In this document: positions 12,701 to 26,207 of the stretch, one piece after another
Layout: each line of letters begins with the position of its first letter
How positions within the stretch are numbered: the stretch's first letter is position 1
Source: Bugula neritina
Lineage: Eukaryota > Animalia > Bryozoa
Direction of reading: 5' to 3'
DNA length: 64,000 nt
Assembly (NCBI GenBank): GCA_964035545.1
Contig: OZ037765.1
Span: 5,838,698 to 5,902,697 of the forward strand
Notes under the pieces: generated by a model
Told to the model about the DNA's origin: nothing
Seen by the model: only the letters and a program-made list of their open reading frames with translations
Databases searched by the model: none
Translations under genes and position numbers: made by a program

Positions 12701-15700
12701 AGTTCCTGTCATCTATAAATAACTTGATCTAGTCTTATTAGTGCTGCCATAGATTTCTCACAAGATAACTGCGCAAATGTCCTGCCTCTGATCCAATCTT
12801 GAACTGAATTAGGCTACCTTTTGGCAGATAAATGTTTGTTTTGGTTTTGTCCTTCAGTCGTTACTCTGTACGTTTGACATTGTTTTCTGTATCCTATTGT
12901 ATTCAATGCTTTCTCTTTGTTATTATTTGTTACGTGCCAAACTGTAGTAATATTTTCACAAGTAACAGTTATTGGGTATTTTAATGCAGAACTTTGGAAG
13001 CTCGGAATTTATGTAATCCTTTTTTGGTCTAGCTATATTTTCTCACCTCTTTATATTCAGTTACTTGTGGTTAGTATGAATTTTTTTCTCACAATATTCC
13101 AAATGTGTTTTGTCCTTTAACCATGAGACCAAAGTTCACAGAGTGGTAACTAGGACGAATGTATTTCTGGTCATTGACTTGTGTTTAACTCAACAATAGC
13201 TTAGCAAAAAGTCCCGGAGTAGTGAACAATTTCTGTATCATATGATTGGTTAATTTAAACACGTGATCTTGACAAATCACCAGTGGCAATTTTCACTGGT
13301 TGGTTTATTCTATATATACCTTGAAACATGTGGAAAGGGGTGTTAAATTAAATTTGTGAACTGCAAGCGAGTATTTTCAAACAATGGTACAGGATTTTAT
13401 TCTGGGCAAGGAATGCACCAAATGTGATAATTTCCTATTTAGTTTAAGTTTTGTTATTCCCTTATGTTCAGTTTTCATTGTGTATAAGTATATTTATCCA
13501 CAGCTAAACTCAAACATGGAAATCCTAACTACATGGTCAATTGTGTATAAACAGAAAGTAATGAATTGTAAAAATAGGAAGAATTAAATCTGACTTGGTA
13601 TGGGAAACTGTTACAATGCTGGTGGTCTCCAGTGACCAGTCCTCTTCATAGACCAAAGTACTCTAACATTATGTTATGTAGAAGTCACAGTACGAAGTTC
13701 TATTGCTTTGTACATTGATATTATGTACGCTACTCTGTTTTTCATATTAGACCAAGAAACAGTAAAAATAACAATTTTATACTAAAACCACTCAATTTAA
13801 AAGATATCTGGTTGCGTGTGTACCCACACTTCACTAACCACATGTTCTAGTTTAATCATAGCTTAGGGTACACGTGCAGAATTCATGTATATGGTGAGAT
13901 GTCGGTAGATGAAGCTTTAACATTCAAAGCACATTATTTTAGCAGTTTCTTACCCTTAGCTCCTCAGCAGCGTACTAGTTCTAAATAGTTCCGCTAGTGT
14001 CTGGTGTTTTCTTGCACCTTTTTGCATATATGAACAAAATGTAACAGACTCCACAGTTTTAACTTTGACAATAGTGTAGGATTTTACCAAAATATTAATG
14101 AATGAATATTAAGCATTTTTTTGTATGAAAATGTAAAAAATATAATGACTATTACAATTAATTGCTGTTAAATTTACTATGTTCAAAGTTTATAATATAG
14201 TTTAGTGAATATCTGATATTGTAATAACTTATAAATACCTAATGGTTTTTATTACTTTTTCATAACAAGCCTACCATTTCTACAAATGTCATCTGGAATA
14301 TTAGTAATCATTCCTAGTTTTCATAATTGCAGTGAATTATAACTTTATACAGCTAATTTCTACAATATTTCAATTTTTTCCACCATGGGCCAATACAACT
14401 AACAATTTTAGAATTATTTTAACCCAAGGCTATTCCAATGCCATGCTGTCATGTCTACACACTTGACACTTCTACTCAGTACTTTAGGTGCTCTGTGCGA
14501 CTGACTCCGTTATTCCCCAAACAAATGAGTAAACAGTTATTCAGAGGATGCTGACTTCCTTGACTGTTCTAATTATATCTTACTACATGTCTTTTGCTGC
14601 CAAAGTTAAATGTGAAAATCTAAACATAGTGTCGGCTGCCTTATCTTGTGAGAATGTGTAGCAAACATCCATACTGGTTGCTGCTGCCAATTATTATGTA
14701 ATCATCATGACCTGGCGTGAGGTGTTGTGAGATTGTAATGCTGACAAATATGAGAAAATGTGAAACCATCTTTCCTTTTCCAAGTAGGCAAAGCTTGGCA
14801 TAGGAAAGGCTAGTTCTATATATAGCTCTTGGCATACTAATACCTTGTTGTATGTATTACCTCATTGTCTACAGAGTCTAGGATAGCTTTTGTTCTTAGA
14901 TAGTAAATAACATGTGTTGGCCTAAATAGCAGAAATTGTTTGCTAACGTATTAGAATGCTTTCCTATACGTTCCATCATGTAACCATAGGTCTATTTACC
15001 CGTGTTATGTGCATTTATTGCAGGAGTTGAGGAATAGGGCTATGATAATTTGCAGAAAAGAGGAAATGCTGAAAGAAAAAGATGAACTGGAGTTGAAGCA
15101 TCTTCGTTCGAGTCAACAATTTTCTAAGGTTAGTTTGATCTTTTAGTTGGTGCTAAGCACATGTATTCTTTATGACTTTTCAAAATATTTGCTCAATTCA
15201 ATCAATTAATTTTTATGGCTTTGATGTATTTTATGGACCTTTCTTGAGTAGACCGCGTAAATTATTATGTTCTCTATATATAATATGCTTAAAAGGTATA
15301 AAATTCAGTTCTTATACCCACTTTTAAATGTTTCCAATATTACAATTAAACTGTGAAAATATAGGCTTGAGATATATGATCACTCTCACTTATGATTTCT
15401 GCCTTATAACTTTCAAGTAATCACTTTAAATTTTTTGTAGGTTTGAGAATTGTAATATTTGTGAAGTTTTAAAGTGCTTTACTTGATATTATTTTGCATT
15501 ATGTTTTATGGTAGAGTATAATAATAAAATGTAGTGCATGTAGAATAGAGTATAGAGCATAGTACATAATAGATATGTGAGAGTATAGTAGTAGATGCTA
15601 GATAGAATATAGACTATATAGTATAGAGTATAGAATACAGAGTATAGAATATAAAGTATAGAACATAGTAGATATGCAATAGAGTATAGTACATAGTAGA

Positions 15701-18700
15701 TAGAGTATAGAACATAGTAGATAGAGTATAGAATATAAATTATAGTATATAGAATATAGAATATAGAGTATAGACTATAGATTATAGAATATAGAGTATA
15801 AACTATAGAGTATAGAATATAGAGTATAGACTATAGAGTATAGCCTATAGAGTATAAAATATAGAATATAGACTATGCTGTTATTTAAGACGGCTGTCAC
15901 AGACCTCGAGGCTCTGCACAAAGAGAAGAAACAAGTGCAGGATGAACGAGTTCTGCTGGACAGGAAACTGGACAACGCTGGTCTCTTGGCTCCGGAGGAA
16001 GAAAGAAGGTTAGTTATTGTGAAGTCTAAATTTTGATGAGAAATAAGGAATTTTGCTTTTTAATCAAGCCATTTAATAATTGGCAAAAGTCTATATTTTT
16101 TCAACCAAGTTTAGATTCAGAATAATGCTTTTATGAGTTAATGTCCTGAAAAGAAGTAATTATTCAGACTGGAAGAGTTTTAATACTACTATGCTATACC
16201 AATTTATCTAACATAAACATCGTTTGCAATACTTCTTTAAAGTTTCACCAAATTCTTTAGGTTATTGCTTTTGTCACCATCACCATTATTATACAAAAAT
16301 TAACCTGCAGTTAATTTTGTTTGGGAGTTGTCTATCTATCAGGTACTGTCTACGTATAGTAGATAACTCTTAACTATACTGCCATCATTGTGGTTTTTAG
16401 ATTGTTGGAGCTTTCTGAAGCCATTGAAGCTTTAGATGCTGCTATTGAGTTCAAAAGTGAGTTGATTGCTGGAAAAGAAGCACAGATTAGAAGGTCACAA
16501 GTTTTGTCACAGGTACCCAAGATATATTATATAATGAATAGTATTAAGTTTCTCATGTGTTTTATAACCTGCTCTTGTGTTATGGGAACTGCTATATTAA
16601 ATGTTCGACTGTGAATATGGATATAACTTGAAAGTGGTTTTCATTGTAGTTTTATTATGTTTTAGTTATAGCCCTGAAAATATTGACTAATTTAACTAAA
16701 AATAGTTATGATTTGAATATTTACATATTTTCCTATGCTTCCTATTTGCATCAAATGGATTATGATATTTAGATGTTTGGGGTTTCTGATGTAAAACCTA
16801 CAAGCAAAACTTTGAATTTGAGTCAAAATTAATTTTTTTTTGAGGGGACAACTCTGAAATACATAACTTTTCTTGACTGAATACAAGTTGCATAAATTTT
16901 GGTATGGATAATGTAAAGTTATAAAATATATTTTTGAATTTAGCAATAGATGAAAAAAATTCATGAACTTTTAGAGTTGAAAAAATTAGCTACGTACTAA
17001 TGTTGCTCATTTTTACATCAGATGCATTGTTGATGTTACACAATTTATTGAATGGCCTAAAATAGATATCAATTATAATTTGTTAATTAATTTGAGTAGC
17101 ATGAAGATAACCTGACGAATCGATTGAAGTCTCTCAACATATCAGAGGCTCAGAAGTTGCTGGGAAAATATTTCAACAAAGTAATTGAGTTGAGGGAAGC
17201 ATCGCATGAAACTCGTCTGCAGTCCCAAGACTTGCAGGTCAGTTAATTTCTACGTAAAGGTAAAGTATGCATCTACACACCCACACGCACACATGTAAAT
17301 AGAGTATAAATCATTTGTCACTTACCTATAAGTGTACAAATATGTATATGTAATTATTTACATCTGTTTACTTCATGGTTAACAAGTCAGTCATATTAAA
17401 CCTGTAACTTGACAATCAAGGTATGTCCACAAATTTGTAAGTAGCAGCCTTCATCTTAGTTACATAATTGTTCTCTGTGACTAATGAGTTAGTTATATTC
17501 TGCTTGGATTTTCCAGCAGATAATACACTACAAGCTGTAGAATAAAATACTCTTTTATAGTTTAACCAGTTTTTTTGAAAAGGTGAAAGAAATGTTTTAG
17601 ATCGCCTAAGCTATGTTTTCACCAGTTGTTATGAAGCTGTAGTAATCTGTGTCTTCTTGGTGATACAGCTGGGTGCCATGACAGTTTGTGTATTTTCTCA
17701 TACAGTTGCAATTAGAAGAGCAGAACAAGAGAGCTGCAGAGTTGGAGGCTTCTTTAGAATCTCAGGCTAGGGAACTGGACACCAGACTAACTGAGCAACA
17801 GCAGCAGTACGAGTCAGAAATCAGCAGTCTGCTTCAGAAGATATCCGAGAAAGAAAGCAGTGCTGACGCCAATACTCACCAGCAAATGAAGTAAGATGTT
17901 TCTGTGTTTTATACTCGGGGCATTGAGATGTATTGATCAATCACATTTTACAGGCTTTTGTTTTTAAGGATTTTTTTTTCTTTAAAATTTTTAAACATAT
18001 TCAGTACTTTATTTTGAGATACAGGTGTGTTGCTTTAATATCATTTGCCATATTAATTTTTTGGTGCGTTTTTACGATTGAAAAAGCTGATAAGATTTTG
18101 TTTATATTATTCTACTTTTGCATGCGATGAACTAAAATTATCTGTTTATAGAATTCAACAGTTGGAAAAAGATTTGTACTATTACAAGAAGACATCACGA
18201 GATCTAAAGAAGAAACTTCGAGAGGTCATGCTGAGGGTTAGCGAGCAGTCGGGACACGCTATGTCAGCTGATACTCACGTGGAAGAGACAGAAATAGATA
18301 TGTTAGATCAGGATCACCACAGTAGACCGTCTCCTCGCCATTCCCCTACAGGCACACATTTACCACCTTTAGGTAAGCTAATGTACACAGTGGTCAATAC
18401 CTACCAACTCTTAGGTGAAATAGTTTGTTATATTCTGTTGAAATCAATTTTATTGTTAATCAGTCAGTCAGTCAGTCAGTCAGTCAGTCAGTCAGTCAGT
18501 CAGTCAGTCAGCCAGTCAGTCAGTCTGTCTGTCTGTATGTCAGTATGTCAGTTAACCGCTGTAGTGGTAAAATTGATTTGAAATCTGACAATTCGTCCAT
18601 ACCTGAAGCAACATTTGAATATAACAATTGACATAAAATCTTGTTAAGTTTTTCGGACTCTTATGTATATGTTCATATACTTTACGTAGCTGGAGCCATG

Positions 18701-19222
18701 TCACCAGCTGTTCGTGCCAGTTACTCCTCATTGGATGGCCAGCACGTGAAAATTTCTAAGAAAGATTTGAGACCAATGAGTCATGAAGAAATCATCCGTA
18801 GATCTCAGTTGTACTCGGCTCACTCCACCAGAACTTCTGCAGGTTAGCATTTAGATTAACCACAGCAACCGCGCTTTATGCCAACCTGCATCAAATGTTT
18901 TCCTGTGGATGCATTAATCACAATATATGTATTCGTTGTAAAGCAAGTCTTATGTGGTTATATGTAAATTGCTCTTTGAAATCAATCTTTTGTTGATGCG
19001 TTAAGGAAATGAGCTGATTCATTTGTATCGAATTAAAAGAGAGATATTTGCTTATTGAATAGTATGTCAAAAATCACTATAGCGGGCTATATTGTAATAG
19101 GATTCTTGTTTGCTATATAAAATGCTATATTGCTACAAAGATAAATGTCAATAATTACAATATAACTAACAATATAATTACTCTCTGTTTTTACTGTAGA
19201 TTCCCTTGATGGAGGAATGTAA
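764..19222 (+). CDS. KIF27: Kinesin-4 family KIF27/KIF7-like protein, 5'-partial, 23 exons in window, one internal TAG
   Basis: Exons: 764-987, 1426-1506, 3120-3244, 3736-3871, 7146-7223, 7432-7518, 7888-8100, 8553-8737, 8969-9060, 9349-9478, 10555-10651, 10801-10904, 11167-11374, 11606-11739, 12403-12520, 15024-15128, 15890-16008, 16401-16512, 17100-17237, 17706-17890, 18152-18372, 18690-18842, 19200-19222; all GT-AG and phase-compatible. Motor C-terminus: [59 protein letters not shown]. Motifs I recognise from KIF27/KIF7: [96 protein letters not shown]. Ends ADSLDGGM*. Confidence 0.92.
3880..4555. repeat. 28-bp minisatellite, about 23-24 copies (ACTAAGTACAGTATATAGTGAGTATATT)
   Basis: Direct tandem array with period 28 (e.g. 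4441 and 4469), starting just after a kinesin donor site; some copies carry a 5-bp insertion. Confidence 0.95.
11737..11966. repeat. 49-bp tandem repeat, about 4.7 copies, each containing the kinesin splice donor CAG|GTGTGT
   Basis: CAGGTGTG recurs at 11737, 11786, 11835, 11884 and 11933. Confidence 0.9.
15540..15876. repeat. Degenerate 7-bp satellite (TATAGAG/TATAGAA)
   Basis: Tandem TATAGAR units ending about 14 nt before the acceptor of kinesin exon 15890. Confidence 0.9.
18459..18551. repeat. (CAGT)n microsatellite grading into (CTGT)n
   Basis: Seen directly; intronic. Confidence 0.95.
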
Positions 19223-20175
19223 CTAATGGTCTATGTCAATGGTATTTTGCAACATGTGCTTTCATAGTAGTTTTAGAATGAGTTTTGCTTATGGTGACAG
19301 GAATGTAAATGTTTCAAATGAAAGTTAAAGATTGACTTCTAGTGTAAATTAACTGTTTACACTATTGAAATAATAATATAAATATTGTAATTTAAAAACG
19401 AAAATTTTTGAACTTGAATTACTACATCAATTACTGTTACTCTTCCGTCCCTTTGTTTACAGTTTTTCTATGTTGCTGCCGTTTTTGTGATATAAATTTT
19501 ACTTTGTATGTACAGATTTAAATTGTGACATGTTTATGTAACTAAGTAACTAAATTTTGTTATTGTAATGTTGTGACCACTTAGACTTAATTCAAACTTG
19601 TTCAACATATGTAAAATAAAGGAGTAGAAAATTCAACACTAGACAATGTTAGCTAAACTAGTTTTATTACAATCAAGAGCATTCAATTTGCTAGGATTAT
19701 ACAATATTTATTAAATATCTGGTTACAAACAGATGATTGTACAACTCTATTCACTAAAACATGAACTTCATGCTCCAAATGTGAAAGCAAAGCAGCAATA
19801 AGATACTTTAAATTTACTGCAGGTTAATGGTGACAACAATAATGGCTATGGAGCAAAAAATTATTGTTAACCGCTAAACCATGTGCTAGTATAATGGCAG
19901 TGTGGCTTATATTAATACATATATTACAAGTAGGACTACAGTGCTCCCCCTTCTCCGTATAGACTCACTAAGCTGCGGGTCCCGAAACCTAAATTCATGA
20001 CATAGTAGAATACCAGAGTTAACTCACGGGTCCGTTAAATTCGGCCATTTTGTTCCTATACACACATAAATAAGCCACAAAATAAGGGTACAAGCCCTTC
20101 TCATCATGACCTCTAGAATTTCGTGAGAAAAAGATCCCTGAGGTACGGAGGGGCTCTGTGTATAGATAGACTTGG

Positions 20176-20739
20176 TTAATTCGCCACATACAGGCGACTC
20201 TCAAGAGCGAGTGGTAATTCTGTCAACAGACCATGGAGCTTCACATAGCGAGTGTCTCTCAAAGGGTTGGCTGGCCGTCTGCGTCGAGCAGGCCTAGATG
20301 GCGGGAGTATAACTCCTTTAGGCTCATGCAGACACTTGTAGGTGAATTCAGGAACAGAGTTTTCTCTTGCTACTTGTGTGGTTGGAGATAACGGAACCGG
20401 TGGCATTGTTGGAAGTTCAATCATTGTTTTGGCCCGTAATGGCTGTTGCTCTCCGACCGTTATTCTTTGACTGATGGACTTAGAATTGTTAATTTGTGGA
20501 AACAAGTTCATACCGTGAAGTTCCTGTTTTAAAGCTTGGTTAGTGATAAAGCGTCTCTGCATCTGAGCCCAGTTGAAGGCGGATTTACGTTCATCAACAG
20601 CAATACAAGTCACTTCTCTGCTTAACTTTTGAGTCAGTGACACATTGTCATACAGCAGCACTTTTGGTAGAAGTGAACGTAGCCTAACACCACATCTTGT
20701 GCCATTGTTATTTTTAGCAAAGGCATTAGAGATGTCCAT
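20176..20739 (-). CDS. Uncharacterised 187-aa basic, Pro-rich protein with a single coding exon
   Basis: 564-nt ATG-initiated ORF, GC-richer than its flanks. An acceptor (ttacttgcttgcag) lies just upstream of the ATG and a candidate 5'UTR donor (CAG|gtaag) lies near 21536. C-terminal PLRDTRYVKLHGLL. No family recognised. Confidence 0.7.
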   Translation of the reverse strand: MDISNAFAKNNNGTRCGVRLRSLLPKVLLYDNVSLTQKLSREVTCIAVDERKSAFNWAQMQRRFITNQALKQELHGMNLFPQINNSKSISQRITVGEQQPLRAKTMIELPTMPPVPLSPTTQVARENSVPEFTYKCLHEPKGVILPPSRPARRRRPANPLRDTRYVKLHGLLTELPLALESRLYVAN

Positions 20740-22027
20740 TGCTGGGCTGCAAGCAAGTAATAAGCCACCACTTTAATTATACCCACTATACCTATGCTGA
20801 TCAATAATTAGCGAATAGGGACTAAGAATGCATTCTGTATACTCATTTAAAAATAGTCGGTATCTATTTACAGTTGGCTTGGCATATTTCTGTGCAAATA
20901 GCTCAATACTTGAAAACGCTTTTGTGATGACAGAATACATGATTCTTGAACACAAATTTATAATATACATGACTTCGGTTTTGAAAACATTCAAATAATA
21001 AGATAAGATGCCAAAGCTATTATTGCTTCCTAACAATGTATTTCCTATGGGACACATACAGCTTCAAGTTCATTAGAAAAACGGCCAATAAACAACAAAT
21101 GCTGGAACTCAACATAGAAAACTCCACTTGAAAAAAAATCTAGAACGTAATAGTTAATAATAGAGTAACTGATGCTTAAAGCATAGATACACGTCAATAT
21201 GTATTAGGAAGTTTAAGAGCAAAAATATATAATCAATGGCTTAGGGACTTATTTTACCTTCTGTTGAGTCAATATGAAATTTGCAAAAATCAGACAATCT
21301 AATTAACCGTTAAGTATCTGATTTGTGAAAAATACCAATATGCAGGTAAGTCCCGTTAAAAATTGTTATTACACAATATTTTCTACCAATTATTTACAAA
21401 TGAAATTGTAAATAATTAGTAGAAAATATTATCAAGACATGATTATAATTAAGATCAAGTAACAGTAAAACAGCCTTCATGATAAAACCTAATTATTGCC
21501 TTTTCAGTTCGACTCTGATTATACTTAATACTTACCTGAGGAAAGTTAGAGAATCTGACTTCTAACACCTCTTCAAGTGATGATCAGACATGATACAAGT
21601 TCGAGGCTAAAGTATGAACTGGCTGCCGAACTGACCTCACACTGAGTTATAATTAGCCTTCCTTTAGCTGAATCCTCAATACAGCCATTTCACAATAATT
21701 TAGCATTGTGTGTGCATTTCCTTTCTTAACAATAACTGAGCAAATAAAACTGAATAGCCACTGTAGTACTCTAGACTATGCAAATACTTTCAAGTTTGTT
21801 TTTTCATGATTAGAAATTCTAAAAACTAAATTATGCATTTTTATGGTAATTAGATTGTAAATAGCAACTGGCAGTGAACACTGCTGTTTTCAAACCACCT
21901 ATAATTACACAATTTATAACAATAAGCACAAGAAGAACTATTTACAGAATATATTTTAGAATTATGAAGTCAATAAAAAAACAATTGGAATACATATATG
22001 GAAAAATACTAACAGAAAAGAGCTTAC

Positions 22028-23874
22028 TCAAGTTAATTTTTTAATTAACGTTGTTATATCTTCTTGTTTTGAATCACCATGATGCCTCCTTCGTTTACGA
22101 GCTTTCTTCCCATCAGTTTTAGGTGAGTTTGGCAAAGTTTTACGTTTTTTCTTTAGCTGTGACAATGGGTTCGGACCTTTTCTCTTTCTCTTTTTCACAA
22201 TTTCCCCAGACTCTACGGCACCTTGATCTCTTTTAATCCCAGCAATCACTTTCTTCGAATGTTCTGGAACAGCTTTAGCTACAGTTTGTTTCTCAGCCAA
22301 CGATTTACTGAAGTCTGAAGGAGGTTCAACGCAAGGTACTCGAGATTTCAACGTGAATATTGGAACTCCGCCAGACTTCCGAGCATGCTCTCTTAATTCT
22401 TGGTCCTAAAGCCACATACAAACACCCGGTAGTCAAACAGCAAGCAGACAATTTTTACACTTCAGCAAAATAACTATTGAAACTAATAACTCCAAACACT
22501 TCACACTCGTAGTAAAACACAAAGTTGGAAGAATTATTCTATACCTACCAACTCCTTTTAATAGCTTTAGTTATAGGGAGAACACGAAAAACGAATGTTT
22601 AGACAAACCAAAAGAAACTTTTAGTTGTTTTAGACTAAAAGCAATTGAAGGTTATAATTAATTATTCAATTAAGGGAGTTGCTTTTCCATAGATTATGAT
22701 AGTTCATAGCAGAAAAATATCAAAAAATTAAATTGCTGTATACTTATGTAAATGATATCCTACCCACAAGCTAAAAGTTTTAATCTAAAATTTAAGCCAT
22801 TATAGAAAAATTTTAGGTCCTTCAACAGCAAAACAAATTACTTTAACAAATCTAATAAACTTTCAACCCTATTATAGCACATTACTTAGTGTAACCTTCA
22901 CATAATTTCTAAAAGTAAACAGTGAATCTTACTTGGGTTCCAACGCAAAACTTGTTTTTATCTATATCCTGAGTATTGTATTTATATTTAGAAGAGAAAC
23001 AATCTTTAACATTTCCTGCCAATGGGTGATGACACGGTATTACGGGAAATTGGTGCAGTATAGATAATGAAGTTCCACGACTAACACCTGAAATAGATCG
23101 CAATAGATTGGTACACAGTCTAGAACTTTGTCAACCAGGAGAAAAGGAAATAGAATACTCTAAACGACAATACATCAATATTATCGCATTATGTAACACG
23201 GAAAATTCTCATAGTATTGCCATCTGATATTATCTTATCTCGAATGAAGGTTTTTATAAAAAGTACCAACTGTCTATGATTTAGACCTCAAAATTAAATG
23301 TTTCAATGAGCTAGAGGCTAGATATATATTTAAAAAAATCATCATTACAAAAATCAATAAAATCGTGTATCAAGTCCAAATATTTTTTCAGTAAATGCTT
23401 AGCTTAAATAATGAAATACAAGGATGTGCCTTCATATCACATAGGTACATCTTTAACTCAATACACCTTAGCTGAATTAAATCTATTCCACCAAGAATAG
23501 AATGGTGAAAAAATATTTGGTTTTGCTACTAAAAAAATTCAAATAAATTTGCTTAAAATACATCCTGTTGCTTTGCTTTGCAAATTGAAAAACCCTTACT
23601 CTACCCTCAATCAGGATAAACATACACAAAAAATTACGGACTTACCAAAACGAGCTTGCAAACCCTCAACTTCAGAAATTGCACATTTGGTAGTGAATAT
23701 CCGCACATGAGCTTGAAACAGCTTGGGAATTTGTTCAGCTAAGTTTATGTGATTAGAATATGCAGTGTTGCAAAGTGTTCCATCAACCAGCAGTCTGTAG
23801 GGTGCATCTATCCCAAAATGCAATTTGTAAAAAAGTAAAGTTTTTTGGACATTTTTCAACCTTTTTCCTTTCAT
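22028..23874 (-). CDS. UTP23: rRNA-processing protein UTP23 homolog (PIN domain, Fcf1 family)
   Basis: Exons 23874-23646, 23087-22933 and 22405-22028 join in frame: MKGKRLK..FYKLHFGIDAPYRLLVDGTLC..TTKCAISEVEGL..CHH..FCVGTQDQELREHARKSGGVPIF..EPPS..KRKRKGPNPLSQLKKKRK. The PNPLSxLKKK motif and basic tail point to UTP23 rather than FCF1. Confidence 0.93.
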
Positions 23875-25262
23875 GTTAATGAAGAAACAGAAGCTGTAAT
23901 GAAAAAAGCAATCATAAGCATTAGCAAATTAGTAAAAGAAAATTAATCATTTTAATACATGATATTATTGTTCATATCAACACTAACACAGAGTAGAAAA
24001 TTGTGATCTTAGCTTGAGTTATTGCAGAGCAGATGAAAAAAAAACCGAATCTACCTGAATATACATCAATATAATTTAAACTAATAACTATAAGACTAAG
24101 TAAATTACTAATTACAGTAATTAGTCTTATAGTTATTTTATAATTATAATAACAATAGTAATATACAATAATAAATTGTTGGAGATTAATAATTGAATAA
24201 TATTAAATTTAATTATTTAGATTTAACAATTAATATTAAATTTAATATACTTGCAGTTATACTTATAGTTATATGTCAATGTCAAACTCAAAGTCGATGT
24301 GTCTTCGTCCTCGTAAAAACTTGAAGTTAATCTTATAGTTGTAGCATATTTACATCAATTATATTATCTTAATAGTACTACTAGTATTAGCACTAGCAAG
24401 TTTAATTTAGCTATGATTTACATGGAGTTCACCTTTTAGCTGCACTGCGAAGTTGGTCAAAGACTTGGATCAAACGAATCTGACTTAAACTCAAACTAAA
24501 ACTTTCGCATTTCTCTTCACACGTGACACTAGTTACTACTGCAATACTCGCGGAGTTGTTCTACCTCTCATAGATCGCAGCCATGGGGGATTATAGTTCA
24601 ATGATCGCAGCAGTTTATAGCTAAAAAGTGTATGCCGTATGGTAATAAAAGCGGCGAATAAATTCCGTATATAGAACTGACTATTTTAAACCACTCTACC
24701 GAGTTTCTATAAAAGCTGTCTAGAATACTATTTTACTGTTCGCCCAGCAACAGCAGCAGCAGAACACTAAATTATTCCCTCACTTTGTACTCTATTATAT
24801 TCCTTCGGATGAAAGCCATAAAGCCAAGCACCACCCTTCAATTTTGTTATTTTCATCACCTTAACTCTGTTACACTCGTGATGACAAAATAAGTTGTCCT
24901 TTTTAATGTAAAACTGTAAAACTGAAACTAAAAAAATTAAATCAGCATCAAACTCTCTGTTACACTTACAGGTACTGCATTACTATTAGTGTTAGGATAA
25001 TTTATTGAGAGGAGTTGCGTATCTTTCTCTTAGCAGATGATCCAACTTTGTCTTATTAGTGGGACTTTAGTACTTTATCACAACCATGGCAAGTTATGTA
25101 TTTGTGGTACTTACAAACTGCAATATGATATAGAATCAGTCCATCAACATACAGTAATGGCATAGGGCTTTCTGGTAGAGCACATAATTTACTTGCATGT
25201 TTTAGCAGTAATTACCAATGAGCACAAAAACTGAAGTATTGTGCTAATTCTAGGATATGAAG

Positions 25263-25367
25263 TGTAAAATAATTTTGCCCCTTGGGATTTGAATCCGAGA
25301 CCTCTGGCTTGCAAGCAAGTGTGCTACCATTAGACCACAGGGACCACTGGGTAAACTCATCACTACA
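25263..25367 (-). mobile_element. tRNA-derived short interspersed element, copy 1
   Basis: Minus strand shows an A box (TGGTCTAATGG), a GCTTGCAAGC anticodon-like arm and a B-box-like GGATTCAAATCC; the acceptor stem is not intact. Related copies at 49564 and 52986. Confidence 0.75.
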
Positions 25368-25790
25368 TGGAGTTAGATTTTCAAGATGTTGTGATGGGAA
25401 AATTGTGCAATATAATTAACTATAAACAGTTGTAACTTTATTTTGGATAAACAAGCATATGTATCTTATAAATTTATCTGAAAAATAAAGTTCTTTATGC
25501 TGAATAAAACACAAACAAGTTGAAGATATTATTATATGGATGCTTAATACAAGTTATGTAATGTGTTTGTACCTGTTGTCAAATTGGTAGCAAATGTTAA
25601 TAATATAGGAGTCAGTCAATGGTTCATGGAGTAATGTGTGTGTAACACATGTGGATTGGTGTGTTAACCTATCTGACATGTGGTTATTCACTGTCTGCCA
25701 AATTTTAGCACAATGCTCATTACCAAATTAATTTGTTGACAAATGTCACAAATGATCATCAGGTGCTTGCTATCTCTGTATTTATTGTCA

Positions 25791-25869
25791 TATATAAAGT
25801 CAACAGTTTTTGTTTTAAGCTTTATATTTGCCTAGTTCTGTTTGGTCCAGACGCTTGCTGAATTCAAGC
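25791..25869 (+). promoter_or_regulatory. Candidate TATA box and non-coding first exon of the Cys-rich gene
   Basis: TATATAAA at 25791-25798, a strong donor (GC|gtgagt) at 25869/25870, and an acceptor at 26176 upstream of the ATG at 26208. Confidence 0.4.
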
Positions 25870-26207
25870 GTGAGTATTTTTATTTTGAATTGAAAATAAA
25901 AAAATTCTGATAACAACCAGTGGTTATGATGTAGTTCAAGTGTTTAGTGTGAATTTTTTATTCTGTAATCAGTTTTTACTTACTTAAAATGTATGTACTA
26001 TTAGGAATATGTCAGGCTATATATTATATGCTAAATGGGAATTTCCATGATTTGATTCATTTGTTTTTATATGCATATTTACAGATAAGAAATAATCGCA
26101 AGTGGCTTGTTTAAAATCATAATGTAATTCCAATACAATTTTTATGCATCAATTACGTCACTGAATATCATTGTAGGACATATTGGTGATATTTAGTAGC
26201 AGGAGAG

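Noticed and set aside
18373-18631. SQSVSQSV coding repeat in the ORF track
   Set aside because: It is the translation of an intronic (CAGT)n microsatellite past the donor at 18372.
24083-24137. 17-bp inverted repeat in the UTP23 5' intron, and a small palindrome near 27762-27784
   Set aside because: Short AT-rich hairpins with no other support; likely local duplication or element debris.
25277-25350. Functional tRNA genes at 25.3, 49.6 and 53.0 kb
   Set aside because: The acceptor stems do not pair and the copies differ at conserved positions; treated as tRNA-derived repeats.
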